The position numbers were made by a program, and so were the translations under genes. Under the pieces are notes generated by a model. The model saw only the letters and a list, made by a program, of their open reading frames with translations. It searched no databases and was not told the origin of the DNA. This document shows, piece after piece, positions 40,700-49,536 of a DNA stretch of 64,000 nucleotides. This stretch comes from a phage: the sequence record PQ724393.1. The stretch is one strand, 5' to 3'. The stretch's first letter is position 1; each line of letters opens with the position of its first letter.

Positions 40700-40995
40700 G
40701 CCAATTTTACTCGCTTAACATATAAAGTGTCTAAAATCAATTTTAATTCTCGGGCCCGTTCTTTGGTAGGAAAAACTGTTTTAGTTTCCCACTTATCAAA
40801 CCACCATTTTCTTGGCGTGCACACTGTTTCAAGGCGTCCAAGCCGAAGATATCTTTTTGTTGAGATTTCATAAGCCTCTAAAGCAGTGTCGGCTCCAATC
40901 TTTGACGAATACAAAGTCACTTCACCGGCATCTTCTAATGGAATTTCATACCCGTCTTTGTCCTTGTGAACTAATACATATGCATAGTACATCAC
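40696..40995 (-). CDS. Hypothetical protein
   Basis: 99 aa ORF, ATGA-coupled. Confidence 0.45.
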   Translation of the reverse strand: MMYYAYVLVHKDKDGYEIPLEDAGEVTLYSSKIGADTALEAYEISTKRYLRLGRLETVCTPRKWWFDKWETKTVFPTKERARELKLILDTLYVKRVKLA

Positions 40996-40996
40996 G

Positions 40997-41746
40997 TTAA
41001 CCTCTAATCAGTGAAAAAATTGAAGCATTCAGCGGAAGACCTTTTTTCAACTTCAATTTGTCAATAAAAGAAAGGTGTTCTAAACGCTCCAGACCTTGGA
41101 TAATTTTATCATACATATCGTAACGCGTTTCTGCTTCAGACAATTTAAACTTGACGCGCCAATCGGGTCCACCAATTAAAGATTTAAGGCCTTTTTCCAT
41201 AGTACCGATTGAAGCGTTAGAACCATGGATACGAGCCTTAACCGCGATGACAGAAGGGGTCTTATCAGTAGCTCCTGATTTAATAAGGTCCTTAAGACGT
41301 TTTTCACGCTTTTTAAGGCCTCTTTGAGTATCTTTAATATTTTTAACTATTTTACGAATTTTATAATAGTTATCGGGGGTTACTTTAAAACTATTAGGCA
41401 TTTTAGAACTACCTGAAATACGGACCGCTAAACGGGTTTGTGCGCGTTTCAATTCGTCTAGAGACAAATCGGCACGTAAGCTGTTGTACTTAACTTTAAC
41501 CGGGATTACATTACCTTCAATATAACCGATATCATTATTAAAACGTTCAAATGAAATCTTATCACTAACTGAATTCTCATCAAAGCGCTCGCCTGAATAA
41601 GCACACACCTTTTGTTCGAGAAGTCTACGAACATACTTACTAGACAGGTTGAAGTCCTTACCACGTTTTTTGGCGGAAGCTTTAGTGTGTTCGCGACGTT
41701 TATAAACCTTTAATTCAAATTCATCGTTAGTTTTAATAGCAGGCAT
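40997..41746 (-). CDS. Hypothetical basic protein (T4 srd position)
   Basis: 249 aa Lys/Arg-rich ORF. Confidence 0.4.
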   Translation of the reverse strand: MPAIKTNDEFELKVYKRREHTKASAKKRGKDFNLSSKYVRRLLEQKVCAYSGERFDENSVSDKISFERFNNDIGYIEGNVIPVKVKYNSLRADLSLDELKRAQTRLAVRISGSSKMPNSFKVTPDNYYKIRKIVKNIKDTQRGLKKREKRLKDLIKSGATDKTPSVIAVKARIHGSNASIGTMEKGLKSLIGGPDWRVKFKLSEAETRYDMYDKIIQGLERLEHLSFIDKLKLKKGLPLNASIFSLIRG

Positions 41747-41784
41747 AATATTTTTCTCATCTTACGGACGATTAGTTGATATGT

Positions 41785-41815
41785 CTATAGTATCATGTTG
41801 TTTGGTAAAGTAAAC
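41785..41815 (-). promoter_or_regulatory. T4-type early promoter
   Basis: GTTTAC (41810-41815) plus TGATACTATAGACATATCAACT block. Confidence 0.5.
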
Positions 41816-41884
41816 ACTTTTTTGCTTTAAATTTTCGACGGTATAATGAATCAAGGACTTTGCCTTTCAATTAAACCGGGTGGT

Positions 41885-42499
41885 TCAGTAAGAAAGAACG
41901 GAAAGATTCCAAATGGTGTAATTATTCCATTTAGGATTTCTCTCAATAGAGTCTACGCGCAGCGTAGTTCCCGCAGGGAACATCATCTCATCTTCATCAT
42001 TGATTAATTGTAAGTTTGCTACACGGGTAGATTCAGGAAATGCACCTGGGAACTCTTCAGGGGGTGCAGCACATAACATTTTAAAGATTTCTTCCTGATA
42101 ATTGTATACAAATGGGGCATCATTAATACAAAAGATATTAAATGTTCCATAGAAGTTATAAGATGCAAAATTCCTTGCCACGTTGAAGTCTTTAGAGAAG
42201 CTCATTACTCGGTCGAATTCAATTACGGCACCTACACACATTGTGGACTCTAGGTACTTCATAGTCTTTTTAGATATACCGCGATAGAGCTTATCAGGCA
42301 CTACAGAAGTCAGGTTCTTACGGATGATTTTGTTCAGAGTTTCCTGGATACAGTCCGGTTTATTTTCCATACACTGCCAGAGGGTACTCTGTTCTAAATC
42401 AGAATACACCTCATCAATTTCTATCTGAGTATTCTCACGGAAATCATCGCATTTAGCGTTGTTGATAAATTCTGCTAATTTATGGCTTGGATATAACAT
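41885..42499 (-). CDS. modA: ADP-ribosyltransferase, ModA-like
   Basis: R-S-E ART triad: YRG, SFS, acidic DEDE motif; 204 aa. Confidence 0.55.
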   Translation of the reverse strand: MLYPSHKLAEFINNAKCDDFRENTQIEIDEVYSDLEQSTLWQCMENKPDCIQETLNKIIRKNLTSVVPDKLYRGISKKTMKYLESTMCVGAVIEFDRVMSFSKDFNVARNFASYNFYGTFNIFCINDAPFVYNYQEEIFKMLCAAPPEEFPGAFPESTRVANLQLINDEDEMMFPAGTTLRVDSIERNPKWNNYTIWNLSVLSY

Positions 42500-42524
42500 A
42501 TTATTCTCCTCAGTCGATAGAAAG

Positions 42525-42554
42525 ATAGTACCACAAGATTCCTTGCCTGTAAAC
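42525..42554 (-). promoter_or_regulatory. T4-type early promoter (variant family)
   Basis: GTTTAC (42549-42554), TACTAT -10. Confidence 0.45.
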
Positions 42555-43126
42555 TAAAAATCCAACATTTTTAAATGAATTGTTTTGTACTCGATTTCAT
42601 ACGGGTCTCTTTTGATAGTTTCGATTGCAACAATCTCAAATCGTGATAGGCTAGAGACCATGAACTCACATTCGGTTTCGACCATGTCATAGAGGTCGAT
42701 ACGTGTCTCGTTGATTCCATTGTCTTCTACATTACCTGCAAGAACAAGGTCGATAGCATGGTTGTAGTAATCGAAAATGAATGGCGCATTTCTGAGGCTT
42801 AAAATGGTTTTGGTTCCGTATTCCCATGCACCGGCGAATTGACGGGCTTGTGAGTACTGCGTGCTAAAAGAAGTAACACGCCCAGGAGACCATTGACAAC
42901 CTACCGTAAGAAATCTTAACTGTCTTAGTTCTTCTTGGGTAATCCCACGATACAACTCTACAGGAACAGCAGAAGTCATATGCTTACGAACCAGCTTGTC
43001 GAGGTCGTAATGGAAATTAGGGTCTTCTTTAGAATTCAGACATTTCTCTAACAACGCTTGTTCAGATTTTGAGAATTTGGAATTGATTCGGTCTTGATAA
43101 AGACACATTTCTTGTTCGATGTTCAT
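42554..43126 (-). CDS. modB: ADP-ribosyltransferase, ModB-like
   Basis: R-S-E ART triad: YRG, SFS, ECE; 190 aa; paralog of adjacent modA. Confidence 0.55.
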   Translation of the reverse strand: MNIEQEMCLYQDRINSKFSKSEQALLEKCLNSKEDPNFHYDLDKLVRKHMTSAVPVELYRGITQEELRQLRFLTVGCQWSPGRVTSFSTQYSQARQFAGAWEYGTKTILSLRNAPFIFDYYNHAIDLVLAGNVEDNGINETRIDLYDMVETECEFMVSSLSRFEIVAIETIKRDPYEIEYKTIHLKMLDF

Positions 43127-43150
43127 ATGACCTCCAGTGATTTAGAGGTC

Positions 43151-43179
43151 ATTATAACATGAAGGGAGGAGGTGTAAAC
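43151..43179 (-). promoter_or_regulatory. T4-type early promoter (GTTTAC, 17 nt, TATAAT)
   Basis: Exact GTTTAC and TATAAT hexamers on the minus strand. Confidence 0.5.
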
Positions 43180-43433
43180 TACTTAAACACACCAAGTGGG
43201 ACGCCAAACACTGCAATGTCAGCAGCTTGGCCTGTTAAGGATTGGGTATATGAAGTATAAGAGCTTTTTGGTTGATAAGAGCTTTTTATTTCCTGCGCCT
43301 TGGCTGTAATCTTAGGAGCTTTTGCCTGAATATTTTTTTGCTCGATTTCCTTATGAGCTTGTTTACGGTCGATATCTAATGCCGATGTAGGTATATTTGT
43401 TAGCCAATTCATTATTTTACCCAAGGTGCCCAT
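43179..43433 (-). CDS. Hypothetical protein
   Basis: 84 aa ORF. Confidence 0.4.
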   Translation of the reverse strand: MGTLGKIMNWLTNIPTSALDIDRKQAHKEIEQKNIQAKAPKITAKAQEIKSSYQPKSSYTSYTQSLTGQAADIAVFGVPLGVFK

Positions 43434-43600
43434 GGTGGAGGGTCTTGATAGTAAGAAGCAAGGTCAGCCAGGGCATCTTTAGGCAACTTAAAACCGTGCT
43501 TCTGTATAATCATATCAAGTTCATTGACAAGGTCAATAGGCGGCTCCTGAGTTGTTTCAGGCTCAGGATCCGGAATGACGAACATATCAAATAAGTCCAT
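43412..43600 (-). CDS. Hypothetical protein
   Basis: 62 aa ORF. Confidence 0.35.
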   Translation of the reverse strand: MDLFDMFVIPDPEPETTQEPPIDLVNELDMIIQKHGFKLPKDALADLASYYQDPPPWAPWVK

Positions 43601-44091
43601 TAGTAACCACCGATAGGACCATAACCATACATACGAGCTCGTAACTTAGCATCACGAATAGCTTCTTCGGTCGGGGTAAAACGCAAACCAATATCAAAGT
43701 GTTTCCAAATCTGACATTCTACCTCCGTCAGGTCTTCGACGGTAGAAATCAAATACGTACGGCCTTTAAGACGTTCATTGGACATTCTATCAGTATCTTT
43801 ATAGAAAATATCCATGGTTCCTTCGGCATACGGGTCTGCCGGGTAACGATAGCCTTTGATATGCAAGGCTTGAGCCACGCTAAAAGGGCATCCCTCAGCG
43901 ACATCAACATTTTTGTTATGGTAAGCCTTCATCAGAATATTTTCTGGCAGCTTAATATCTTTTAATCGTGTTTCTAACTGGGTTATAGAATTCATACCAT
44001 TGTCGACAAAGATAAGACACGCCGTAGCATCATAAGGACGCGTTTGGCCTGATGAATCACGTACACGGAATTCGAGTTCATAGACTTTCAT
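43600..44091 (-). CDS. Hypothetical protein
   Basis: 163 aa ORF. Confidence 0.45.
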   Translation of the reverse strand: MKVYELEFRVRDSSGQTRPYDATACLIFVDNGMNSITQLETRLKDIKLPENILMKAYHNKNVDVAEGCPFSVAQALHIKGYRYPADPYAEGTMDIFYKDTDRMSNERLKGRTYLISTVEDLTEVECQIWKHFDIGLRFTPTEEAIRDAKLRARMYGYGPIGGY

Positions 44092-44241
44092 TATGTTTTC
44101 CTCTTTTTAGTTTACCTACTAAAGGACCATCCGGAATATTATTTTCTCGGATGTATTTCTCGTTTTCTTCCATCATTTTACTACCAATTTTAAGAAGCAA
44201 ATCCAATGCCTCTTTAGCTTGTTTTTCGGCCTCTTCAGTAG

Positions 44242-44442
44242 TCATGATTTATCCCCATAGATGTCACGCATAATTCTAAGAGCTTCGCGTTCTAATTTCT
44301 TTTCGCGTTCTTCACGGATACCTTTAAGAATCCATTCTTCGGAGTCGCGTTTCATTTCTGCATTGGCTTGGTCTAACCACCCGTCATCAAGATAATCGCC
44401 AGGACGGTCTAGCCAATCTTTAAGCCATGATAAAGGTTTCAT
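44242..44442 (-). CDS. Hypothetical protein
   Basis: 66 aa ORF. Confidence 0.4.
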   Translation of the reverse strand: MKPLSWLKDWLDRPGDYLDDGWLDQANAEMKRDSEEWILKGIREEREKKLEREALRIMRDIYGDKS

Positions 44443-44777
44443 TAATCACACGAGCCGGACGATGAGTCACAGCTTCCTGAGTCATAAGACGAATAAGAAG
44501 AATCACCAGTCCAAGAACTGACAGCCGCCGCAACCATAATAGGAGTGGTATCAATATGGCTTGTGCGACGAGCTTCTAGATGTTCTTTTAACTTTTTAGA
44601 ATTCAATGGAAGAGCGCCAGGCCCCACATTACCTGCTTTTTCAGGTTGACGGATAACTTCTTCCATCATACCATCGCCTACATAAACATATTCCCTTAAC
44701 TTAACGTCTGATGGACTAATAGGAACCGGACCTTCGCCTGGGGTAATTTTGAATAAATTCTTAAGCCACTGAATCAT
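44442..44777 (-). CDS. Hypothetical protein with Ser/Asp/Cys-rich tail
   Basis: 111 aa ORF. Confidence 0.4.
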   Translation of the reverse strand: MIQWLKNLFKITPGEGPVPISPSDVKLREYVYVGDGMMEEVIRQPEKAGNVGPGALPLNSKKLKEHLEARRTSHIDTTPIMVAAAVSSWTGDSSYSSYDSGSCDSSSGSCD

Positions 44778-45007
44778 AGGAAACCTCTCACAAATTTTAC
44801 ATCGCCATTGTCTAAGCGGATTTCTGCATTAAATTCTACAGAATTATCTTCATACATCATAAAAGAATGCGTAATAACATCGTCATGATACCCTAACCCG
44901 TATTTAAGCGAAACTTCTTGAGCAATCAAAGCACCTACTGCATTATTAGGTTTAATCCAACGATTTAACATAGTGTTCTCCTCTATAAGATAAAACCATC
45001 TTATCAC
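44774..45007 (-). CDS. Hypothetical protein
   Basis: 77 aa ORF, SD GAGGAG upstream. Confidence 0.4.
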   Translation of the reverse strand: MIRWFYLIEENTMLNRWIKPNNAVGALIAQEVSLKYGLGYHDDVITHSFMMYEDNSVEFNAEIRLDNGDVKFVRGFL

Positions 45008-45027
45008 AGTCTGCTCGTAAAGTAAAC
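44998..45027 (-). promoter_or_regulatory. Early promoter (GTTTAC -35, TAAGAT -10)
   Basis: GTTTAC (45022-45027) with 18 nt spacer. Confidence 0.4.
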
Positions 45028-45036
45028 TGCTAAAAC

Positions 45037-45060
45037 GAAAAAAGGAACCCGAAGGTTCCT
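45037..45060 (-). terminator. Intrinsic terminator AGGAACC-UUCG-GGUUCCU + U6 downstream of soc
   Basis: 7-bp stem, UUCG loop, U-run on the minus-strand transcript. Confidence 0.6.
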
Positions 45061-45065
45061 TATAA

Positions 45066-45299
45066 TTAAACTACTGGGGTCGGTGTGAACATTGCTGCGT
45101 TCTTGGTCTTCCAGTCAGCAGCATCAGTCACTACAGTAGTATAGGCTGCAACGGCCGAAGGGAAAGTCTGATAATGAGAATCTGCAATACGGTGCTCGTT
45201 TGAATAAATCTCAAACGGGACAGACACTTCAACACCTTTAACTTCTTTACCTTCACCAGCTGGATGCGTAAAGGTTTTGATATTAACGAAACCACCCAT
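45066..45299 (-). CDS. soc: Small outer capsid protein Soc
   Basis: 77 aa; VNIKTF and HYQTFPS motifs as in T4 Soc. Confidence 0.75.
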   Translation of the reverse strand: MGGFVNIKTFTHPAGEGKEVKGVEVSVPFEIYSNEHRIADSHYQTFPSAVAAYTTVVTDAADWKTKNAAMFTPTPVV

Positions 45300-45330
45300 A
45301 ATAAACTCCTTTGTTGTTTAATTACAGGTG

Positions 45331-45338
45331 TATTTATA
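45331..45338 (-). promoter_or_regulatory. T4 late promoter TATAAATA upstream of soc
   Basis: Exact octamer on minus strand about 32 nt before the soc ATG. Confidence 0.55.
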
Positions 45339-45340
45339 AC

Positions 45341-45880
45341 TTAATAACCTCGGTCTTGACGAGCAAAGTTCTCGGCATTTTTCAGATAATACAGTTTAAA
45401 GATTTCTTCAGCAGTCAGACCAAGACCTTGGAACATATTCAGAACAAAGTGCAGAATATCAATCATTTCGAATTTAATTTCGAGCTGGTCTTCAGGAGAG
45501 AGTTCGTCAATACGACGATTACGGAATTCGGCATGTTGTGCCTTCCACGGCTTCCACACACTGGATGCGGCTTTCTCACCATTACTCATACCGCCAAGAG
45601 AAGTCAGAAGTTCACGGAATTCATCATCAATATAATCTTTCTGGTTGCGAAGCCAATCAACAACTTGACCTGCTGTAGCTAGTTCATCAGGATTGGTGTT
45701 GAATTCTGATTTTTCAGTAGCCAAACGAACCTGTAATGATTTCTGCATATCAAGCATAACCTGCAGAGGGTCTTTATCTTCGTGAATCAGAGCATTAAAA
45801 TAAGCTTCTTCAGCTTTATCAACACCTGCAATAAGTTGTGAGCATTCGTTAAAGTGTGCCATTATATTTTTCCTTTTCAA
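45341..45880 (-). CDS. 56: dCTP pyrophosphatase gp56 (MazG-like)
   Basis: 179 aa, T4 gene 56 position next to soc. Confidence 0.6.
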   Translation of the reverse strand: MKRKNIMAHFNECSQLIAGVDKAEEAYFNALIHEDKDPLQVMLDMQKSLQVRLATEKSEFNTNPDELATAGQVVDWLRNQKDYIDDEFRELLTSLGGMSNGEKAASSVWKPWKAQHAEFRNRRIDELSPEDQLEIKFEMIDILHFVLNMFQGLGLTAEEIFKLYYLKNAENFARQDRGY

Positions 45881-45952
45881 TTCATTAGTAAGTTAGATAA
45901 TTATAAACTGTTAGATTAAAGCGAATAAATATTAATTTAACAGGAGGATAAC

Positions 45953-46153
45953 ATGGGTAGTATTTTTTACCAAATCTGGAAATTGGCCGAAAAGAAAGAC
46001 AAGAAAATGATGTTAGGTTTTCTTGCGCTAGACGTATTCCTTTGGAATCTTTTAGTAGTCCCTGTAGCCGCTAGCCAAGGGATAATTTTACCAGCGGTTA
46101 CAATGGAACACGTATTAAGCATAATTGGATTCTTTAGCGGAGTTCCTGCCTAA
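45953..46153 (+). CDS. Small membrane protein, 66 aa, opposite strand to its neighbours
   Basis: Strong SD AGGAGG 7 nt before ATG; two hydrophobic segments. Confidence 0.45.
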   Translation: MGSIFYQIWKLAEKKDKKMMLGFLALDVFLWNLLVVPVAASQGIILPAVTMEHVLSIIGFFSGVPA

Positions 46154-47178
46154 ATTTTGGAATATTTAGAAAGTCTCATTTTGGCCATTAGACCTTGGGC
46201 TATATTAGCTTTCATATATGTCAGTACATCATTTATATCAGCTTTATCTTTCATAATCATATCATTTATATCTTTAGAAGGCCATGGAGCCTTGTCCCAG
46301 AATAGAACCCTTTCGCCAGCATCAACTAATCGTTGCATACGCTTAATTGTGTCAGGATGGCGGGGTTCATTGTCCATTACCCAGGCACGAGTTTCTTTAC
46401 ATGGAACTATAGCCAAATCTAACGACCCGCCAGTAATTGCTATTGCATTCGGTACGAATAATGAATCGATAGGACCTTCCATTACCCAGACCAATTGACG
46501 TTCGTCGACTGTATCCATTCCATATATTTTTGTAGCTTGGTCATGAGCTTTTATTGTAATATATTTTTGTGGAGCATCTTTACGCAAGGCTCGACCCTGA
46601 AAACTTTCTATTTGTTTATCCTTATTGAAAATAGGAATAACCAAACGAGGCTCAGGCATTTCTTTAGAATAGGTCCCTGGATTCACAGAGTTCACCAATG
46701 CCGGCCATTCTTTAGTAAACCACAGCCGGTTCCATTTGTTTTCAGGAATGCAACGTAGTGTTACATATTTGATAATAGGATGGTCCTTCGGCATTCTATC
46801 TAATCGTTCACAGAAATTAAGCTTTTCGATGACAGGCATCTTAGCTTTAATTTTTTCAGATATCTCCACCTTAGGTGCAGCTTGTCTCCCGAACGATTGC
46901 TCTTTATGTTTCTCAAGAATATATTCTCGATATAAATCCGGCTCATATTCGTATAGATACTTCTTAATTCCTGCTGAATAGTCGCAGTTAAAACAGTGCA
47001 GCATTACGGAGCCATCATTAGCCGGATAGGCCCAAAAACGAGCTTTGTTCTCATCTTTTTGGGAGTCGCCACATACACGACAACGACAGTTTAATTTAAA
47101 ATCACTACCGGTTACTTGTCTGAATTTAGGTTGGTAATTCAAGGCACGTACAGCAAATTCTCTATCGACATATGACAT
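46150..47178 (-). CDS. 61: DNA primase gp61
   Basis: 342 aa; N-terminal zinc ribbon (CRCRVCGD...CFNC) and TOPRIM-like region. Confidence 0.85.
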   Translation of the reverse strand: MSYVDREFAVRALNYQPKFRQVTGSDFKLNCRCRVCGDSQKDENKARFWAYPANDGSVMLHCFNCDYSAGIKKYLYEYEPDLYREYILEKHKEQSFGRQAAPKVEISEKIKAKMPVIEKLNFCERLDRMPKDHPIIKYVTLRCIPENKWNRLWFTKEWPALVNSVNPGTYSKEMPEPRLVIPIFNKDKQIESFQGRALRKDAPQKYITIKAHDQATKIYGMDTVDERQLVWVMEGPIDSLFVPNAIAITGGSLDLAIVPCKETRAWVMDNEPRHPDTIKRMQRLVDAGERVLFWDKAPWPSKDINDMIMKDKADINDVLTYMKANIAQGLMAKMRLSKYSKI

Positions 47179-47216
47179 TATTTTTCCTTGGGCTCTAAAT
47201 TAATAGAGCCATTATA

Positions 47217-47378
47217 TCATTCGTTTTCGGATTTTTCTTTACGCTTTTTAGATGGGATTTGTTCAGGCCCTTTGTTGACGACTGCGCCTGAGGTAGTTCC
47301 GGAGGCAATATTAGATGGATTTCCACCAGCATCGCCTGCGACCATATCTTCGTTCATAACTTCTTTAAAAGATTTCAT
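47217..47378 (-). CDS. Small Gly/Lys-rich hypothetical ORF, 53 aa
   Basis: Hand-translated; SD AGGAG upstream; TATAAATA octamer at 47392-47399 (minus). Confidence 0.25.
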   Translation of the reverse strand: MKSFKEVMNEDMVAGDAGGNPSNIASGTTSGAVVNKGPEQIPSKKRKEKSENE

Positions 47379-47394
47379 AGGCTCCTGGCCTTAT

Positions 47395-47586
47395 TTATAT
47401 TACGAAAATAGCTTTATCACCATTTGCATCAGTGACTTCATAGGTATCTTCGTGGTAAAGTGGGATAATCCAAGTCACACCATCACCAGCAATAATATGG
47501 ATAGCTTCTTGGTCTTTTGATACGATTTCATATTCTTCGAACAATTCGAATACAGAAATCTTAGAGCCCGTACACATTGCACTCAT
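47395..47586 (-). CDS. Hypothetical protein
   Basis: 63 aa ORF. Confidence 0.35.
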   Translation of the reverse strand: MSAMCTGSKISVFELFEEYEIVSKDQEAIHIIAGDGVTWIIPLYHEDTYEVTDANGDKAIFVI

Positions 47587-47782
47587 ATTGTTCCCTTCTT
47601 TTAATCAGTTGACGATGAGCCTTTTTAAGTTTACGAAGCTGGCGCTTAGTCGGCCGTGCAACATAAGCTTGAGTAGTTACTCGTCCAAAAACACCATACT
47701 TAGGTGAAGGAGAATCAATAAAGACTTCCCACTGGCAGGAGTATCCGTATACCGCTTTAGAGAATTGAGTTAAGACAAACAT
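47561..47782 (-). CDS. Hypothetical small basic protein, PTKRQ-motif family member 1
   Basis: 73 aa; ARPTKRQLRKLKK motif shared with ORF 48573-48812. Confidence 0.4.
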   Translation of the reverse strand: MFVLTQFSKAVYGYSCQWEVFIDSPSPKYGVFGRVTTQAYVARPTKRQLRKLKKAHRQLIKRREQYECNVYGL

Positions 47783-47783
47783 A

Positions 47784-48218
47784 TTAACCTCGATTCATAA
47801 AGGCATTAAAAATCTGGTCGTCAATTGAATAAACTGGAGCTTCCAGAATTTTCAACAGACTGTTTTTGATATACTTGCTAGGGATATCCATATTAACGCG
47901 GTCGTTCAATTCGTTGTCCGGGTGGATATCTTTAAATTCGAATCCTTCAAATTCAACCTTGTCCGGAAACCCGTCAGCGAAAAAATAAACCAATTGGTGC
48001 ATTGCATTGAGCGAAAATAATTTAGACTTAACAGCAATAAGTTCTTGCCAATGGTTTAATTCTCTGTTAAGAAGTTTATGAGCGAATACAATTCTATCGT
48101 CGCTATCAACAATAAAATAACCTAGGTACTGATGGTCGTCGCTCCAAAACATCCTGTATGCTTGTGCATTCGGATTTTTACAACGAAGCTTTTTAATAAC
48201 CAAAGTTCTGTTAATCAT
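47784..48218 (-). CDS. Hypothetical protein, 144 aa (track ORF trimmed to MINRTL)
   Basis: Longer reading would overlap sp. Confidence 0.4.
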   Translation of the reverse strand: MINRTLVIKKLRCKNPNAQAYRMFWSDDHQYLGYFIVDSDDRIVFAHKLLNRELNHWQELIAVKSKLFSLNAMHQLVYFFADGFPDKVEFEGFEFKDIHPDNELNDRVNMDIPSKYIKNSLLKILEAPVYSIDDQIFNAFMNRG

Positions 48219-48219
48219 T

Positions 48220-48513
48220 TTACTCACCTGTAACCTCTTTAACGATGTTTTTGTTATCGAAATTAGCGTCACAATACAAAACATAGTTGTACTGCATAAC
48301 ACCGGTTGAAGCTAATTGGTCGGACACTTCTTTAACCATGTCAGGACGGTCACGTTTAGTGATGTTCATGATATCGGCATAAATCTGATGTTCAACATCA
48401 GTTTGGTCGGCAGTCATAGACCACTCACAAAGGTCTTTATCCAATCCGGCCGTTACTGGAGCTGTACCACATGATGCTACGGTAATAATTGCTGCGATTA
48501 ATAACTTTTTCAT
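48220..48513 (-). CDS. sp: Periplasmic superinfection-exclusion protein Spackle
   Basis: 97 aa; signal peptide then DKDLCEWSMTADQT...VMQYNYVLYCD as in T4 Sp. Confidence 0.7.
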   Translation of the reverse strand: MKKLLIAAIITVASCGTAPVTAGLDKDLCEWSMTADQTDVEHQIYADIMNITKRDRPDMVKEVSDQLASTGVMQYNYVLYCDANFDNKNIVKEVTGE

Positions 48514-48540
48514 TTCAATCTCCTCGTTAGTTGATAGGTC

Positions 48541-48571
48541 TATAGTATCACCACCATAGACCGTTGTAAAC
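48541..48571 (-). promoter_or_regulatory. T4-type early promoter upstream of sp
   Basis: GTTTAC (48566-48571) plus TGATACTATAGACCTATCAACTAAC block. Confidence 0.55.
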
Positions 48572-48572
48572 T

Positions 48573-48812
48573 TTATTTTAACGAATCTTCCAAATAAATT
48601 TTACGGAATTTACGTTTTGTCTGACGAATCTGACGTTTAGTAGGCTTCACAGGAAATTCGAAGAACTCCACGTATTCCTGTTCATAATCATTATGACCTA
48701 CTGAAAGAACTAGTTCCCAGCTGCTTACGGTGCGTTGGATAAACATATTATGCTTACCAAAAGATTTATTCCAAAAAGAACTAGGAGTTGGCTTCATTAG
48801 TACAATATTCAT
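48573..48812 (-). CDS. Hypothetical small basic protein, PTKRQ-motif family member 2
   Basis: 79 aa; VKPTKRQIRQTKRKFRK motif. Confidence 0.4.
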   Translation of the reverse strand: MNIVLMKPTPSSFWNKSFGKHNMFIQRTVSSWELVLSVGHNDYEQEYVEFFEFPVKPTKRQIRQTKRKFRKIYLEDSLK

Positions 48813-48953
48813 TTATTCCTCGCCTTCATGTTTATGAGCAAATTCTTCTAATTCACGGTCACAATCTAAACAGGTTGCATTATCCCAAGCATCAAATACT
48901 GCTCGGTCTTCACTTACTGAACAACCACACACTTCACATTCAACTTCTTCCAT
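48813..48953 (-). CDS. Small zinc-ribbon protein, 46 aa
   Basis: Hand-translated; CxxC ... CxxC (CEVCGC ... CLDC). Confidence 0.3.
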   Translation of the reverse strand: MEEVECEVCGCSVSEDRAVFDAWDNATCLDCDRELEEFAHKHEGEE

Positions 48954-49157
48954 TTAGATTTCCTCAATGCGGGCATCATATTCAAAAACTTTATTGTCAT
49001 TAACAAAGGCTTTCACCAGTGCATTATTCACTTCTGCATACTGCACTGTAACCCATTCAATCATTTTTTGGTCACTAACATCCAGCGCAGTTTCTTTGGT
49101 AAACATATTACCGTTTTCAAACCAACCAATAAATACTACGATCTCTAATTTAAACAT
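48954..49157 (-). CDS. Hypothetical protein
   Basis: 67 aa ORF. Confidence 0.4.
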   Translation of the reverse strand: MFKLEIVVFIGWFENGNMFTKETALDVSDQKMIEWVTVQYAEVNNALVKAFVNDNKVFEYDARIEEI

Positions 49158-49487
49158 TTAGATTTCCTCGCAGAAGGCCCATTCAGCATGATAAACCGTA
49201 GCGCCTTTAGTATCATTTAAACAAACCACATCTACCGGAGCAATTACACGATAAAGACGGGGTTCTCCTCCCACTGAACGAGCTGCACGTCCAGCATAAA
49301 TCTTAGCCAAACCGATATCTTCAGTAAAGAACACTCGATTCAGGTTTTTCTTACGACCGGTTTCAGACAAAACTCCTGTTTCCTCAGGAGGACAAAGCAT
49401 ATTACCGATATTAGCAACACTACAACTTCCATGGTAATACACTTTATATTCTGCTTTACAGTCGATGGTTTTCATTTTGTTCTCCAA
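49158..49487 (-). CDS. Hypothetical protein with HGS ... Y ... E pattern
   Basis: 109 aa ORF downstream of an early promoter. Confidence 0.45.
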   Translation of the reverse strand: MENKMKTIDCKAEYKVYYHGSCSVANIGNMLCPPEETGVLSETGRKKNLNRVFFTEDIGLAKIYAGRAARSVGGEPRLYRVIAPVDVVCLNDTKGATVYHAEWAFCEEI

Positions 49488-49496
49488 GTTGATAGG

Positions 49497-49528
49497 CCTA
49501 TAGTATCATGCCTATAGGAGATGTAAAC
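49497..49528 (-). promoter_or_regulatory. T4-type early promoter
   Basis: GTTTAC (49523-49528) plus TGATACTATAGGCCTATCAACT block. Confidence 0.55.
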
Positions 49529-49536
49529 CCTTAAAA

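Noticed and set aside
47188-47520. 110 aa plus-strand ORF between gene 61 and the small-gene block
   Set aside because: It overlaps a minus-strand small ORF that has an SD; no SD of its own; low-complexity translation.
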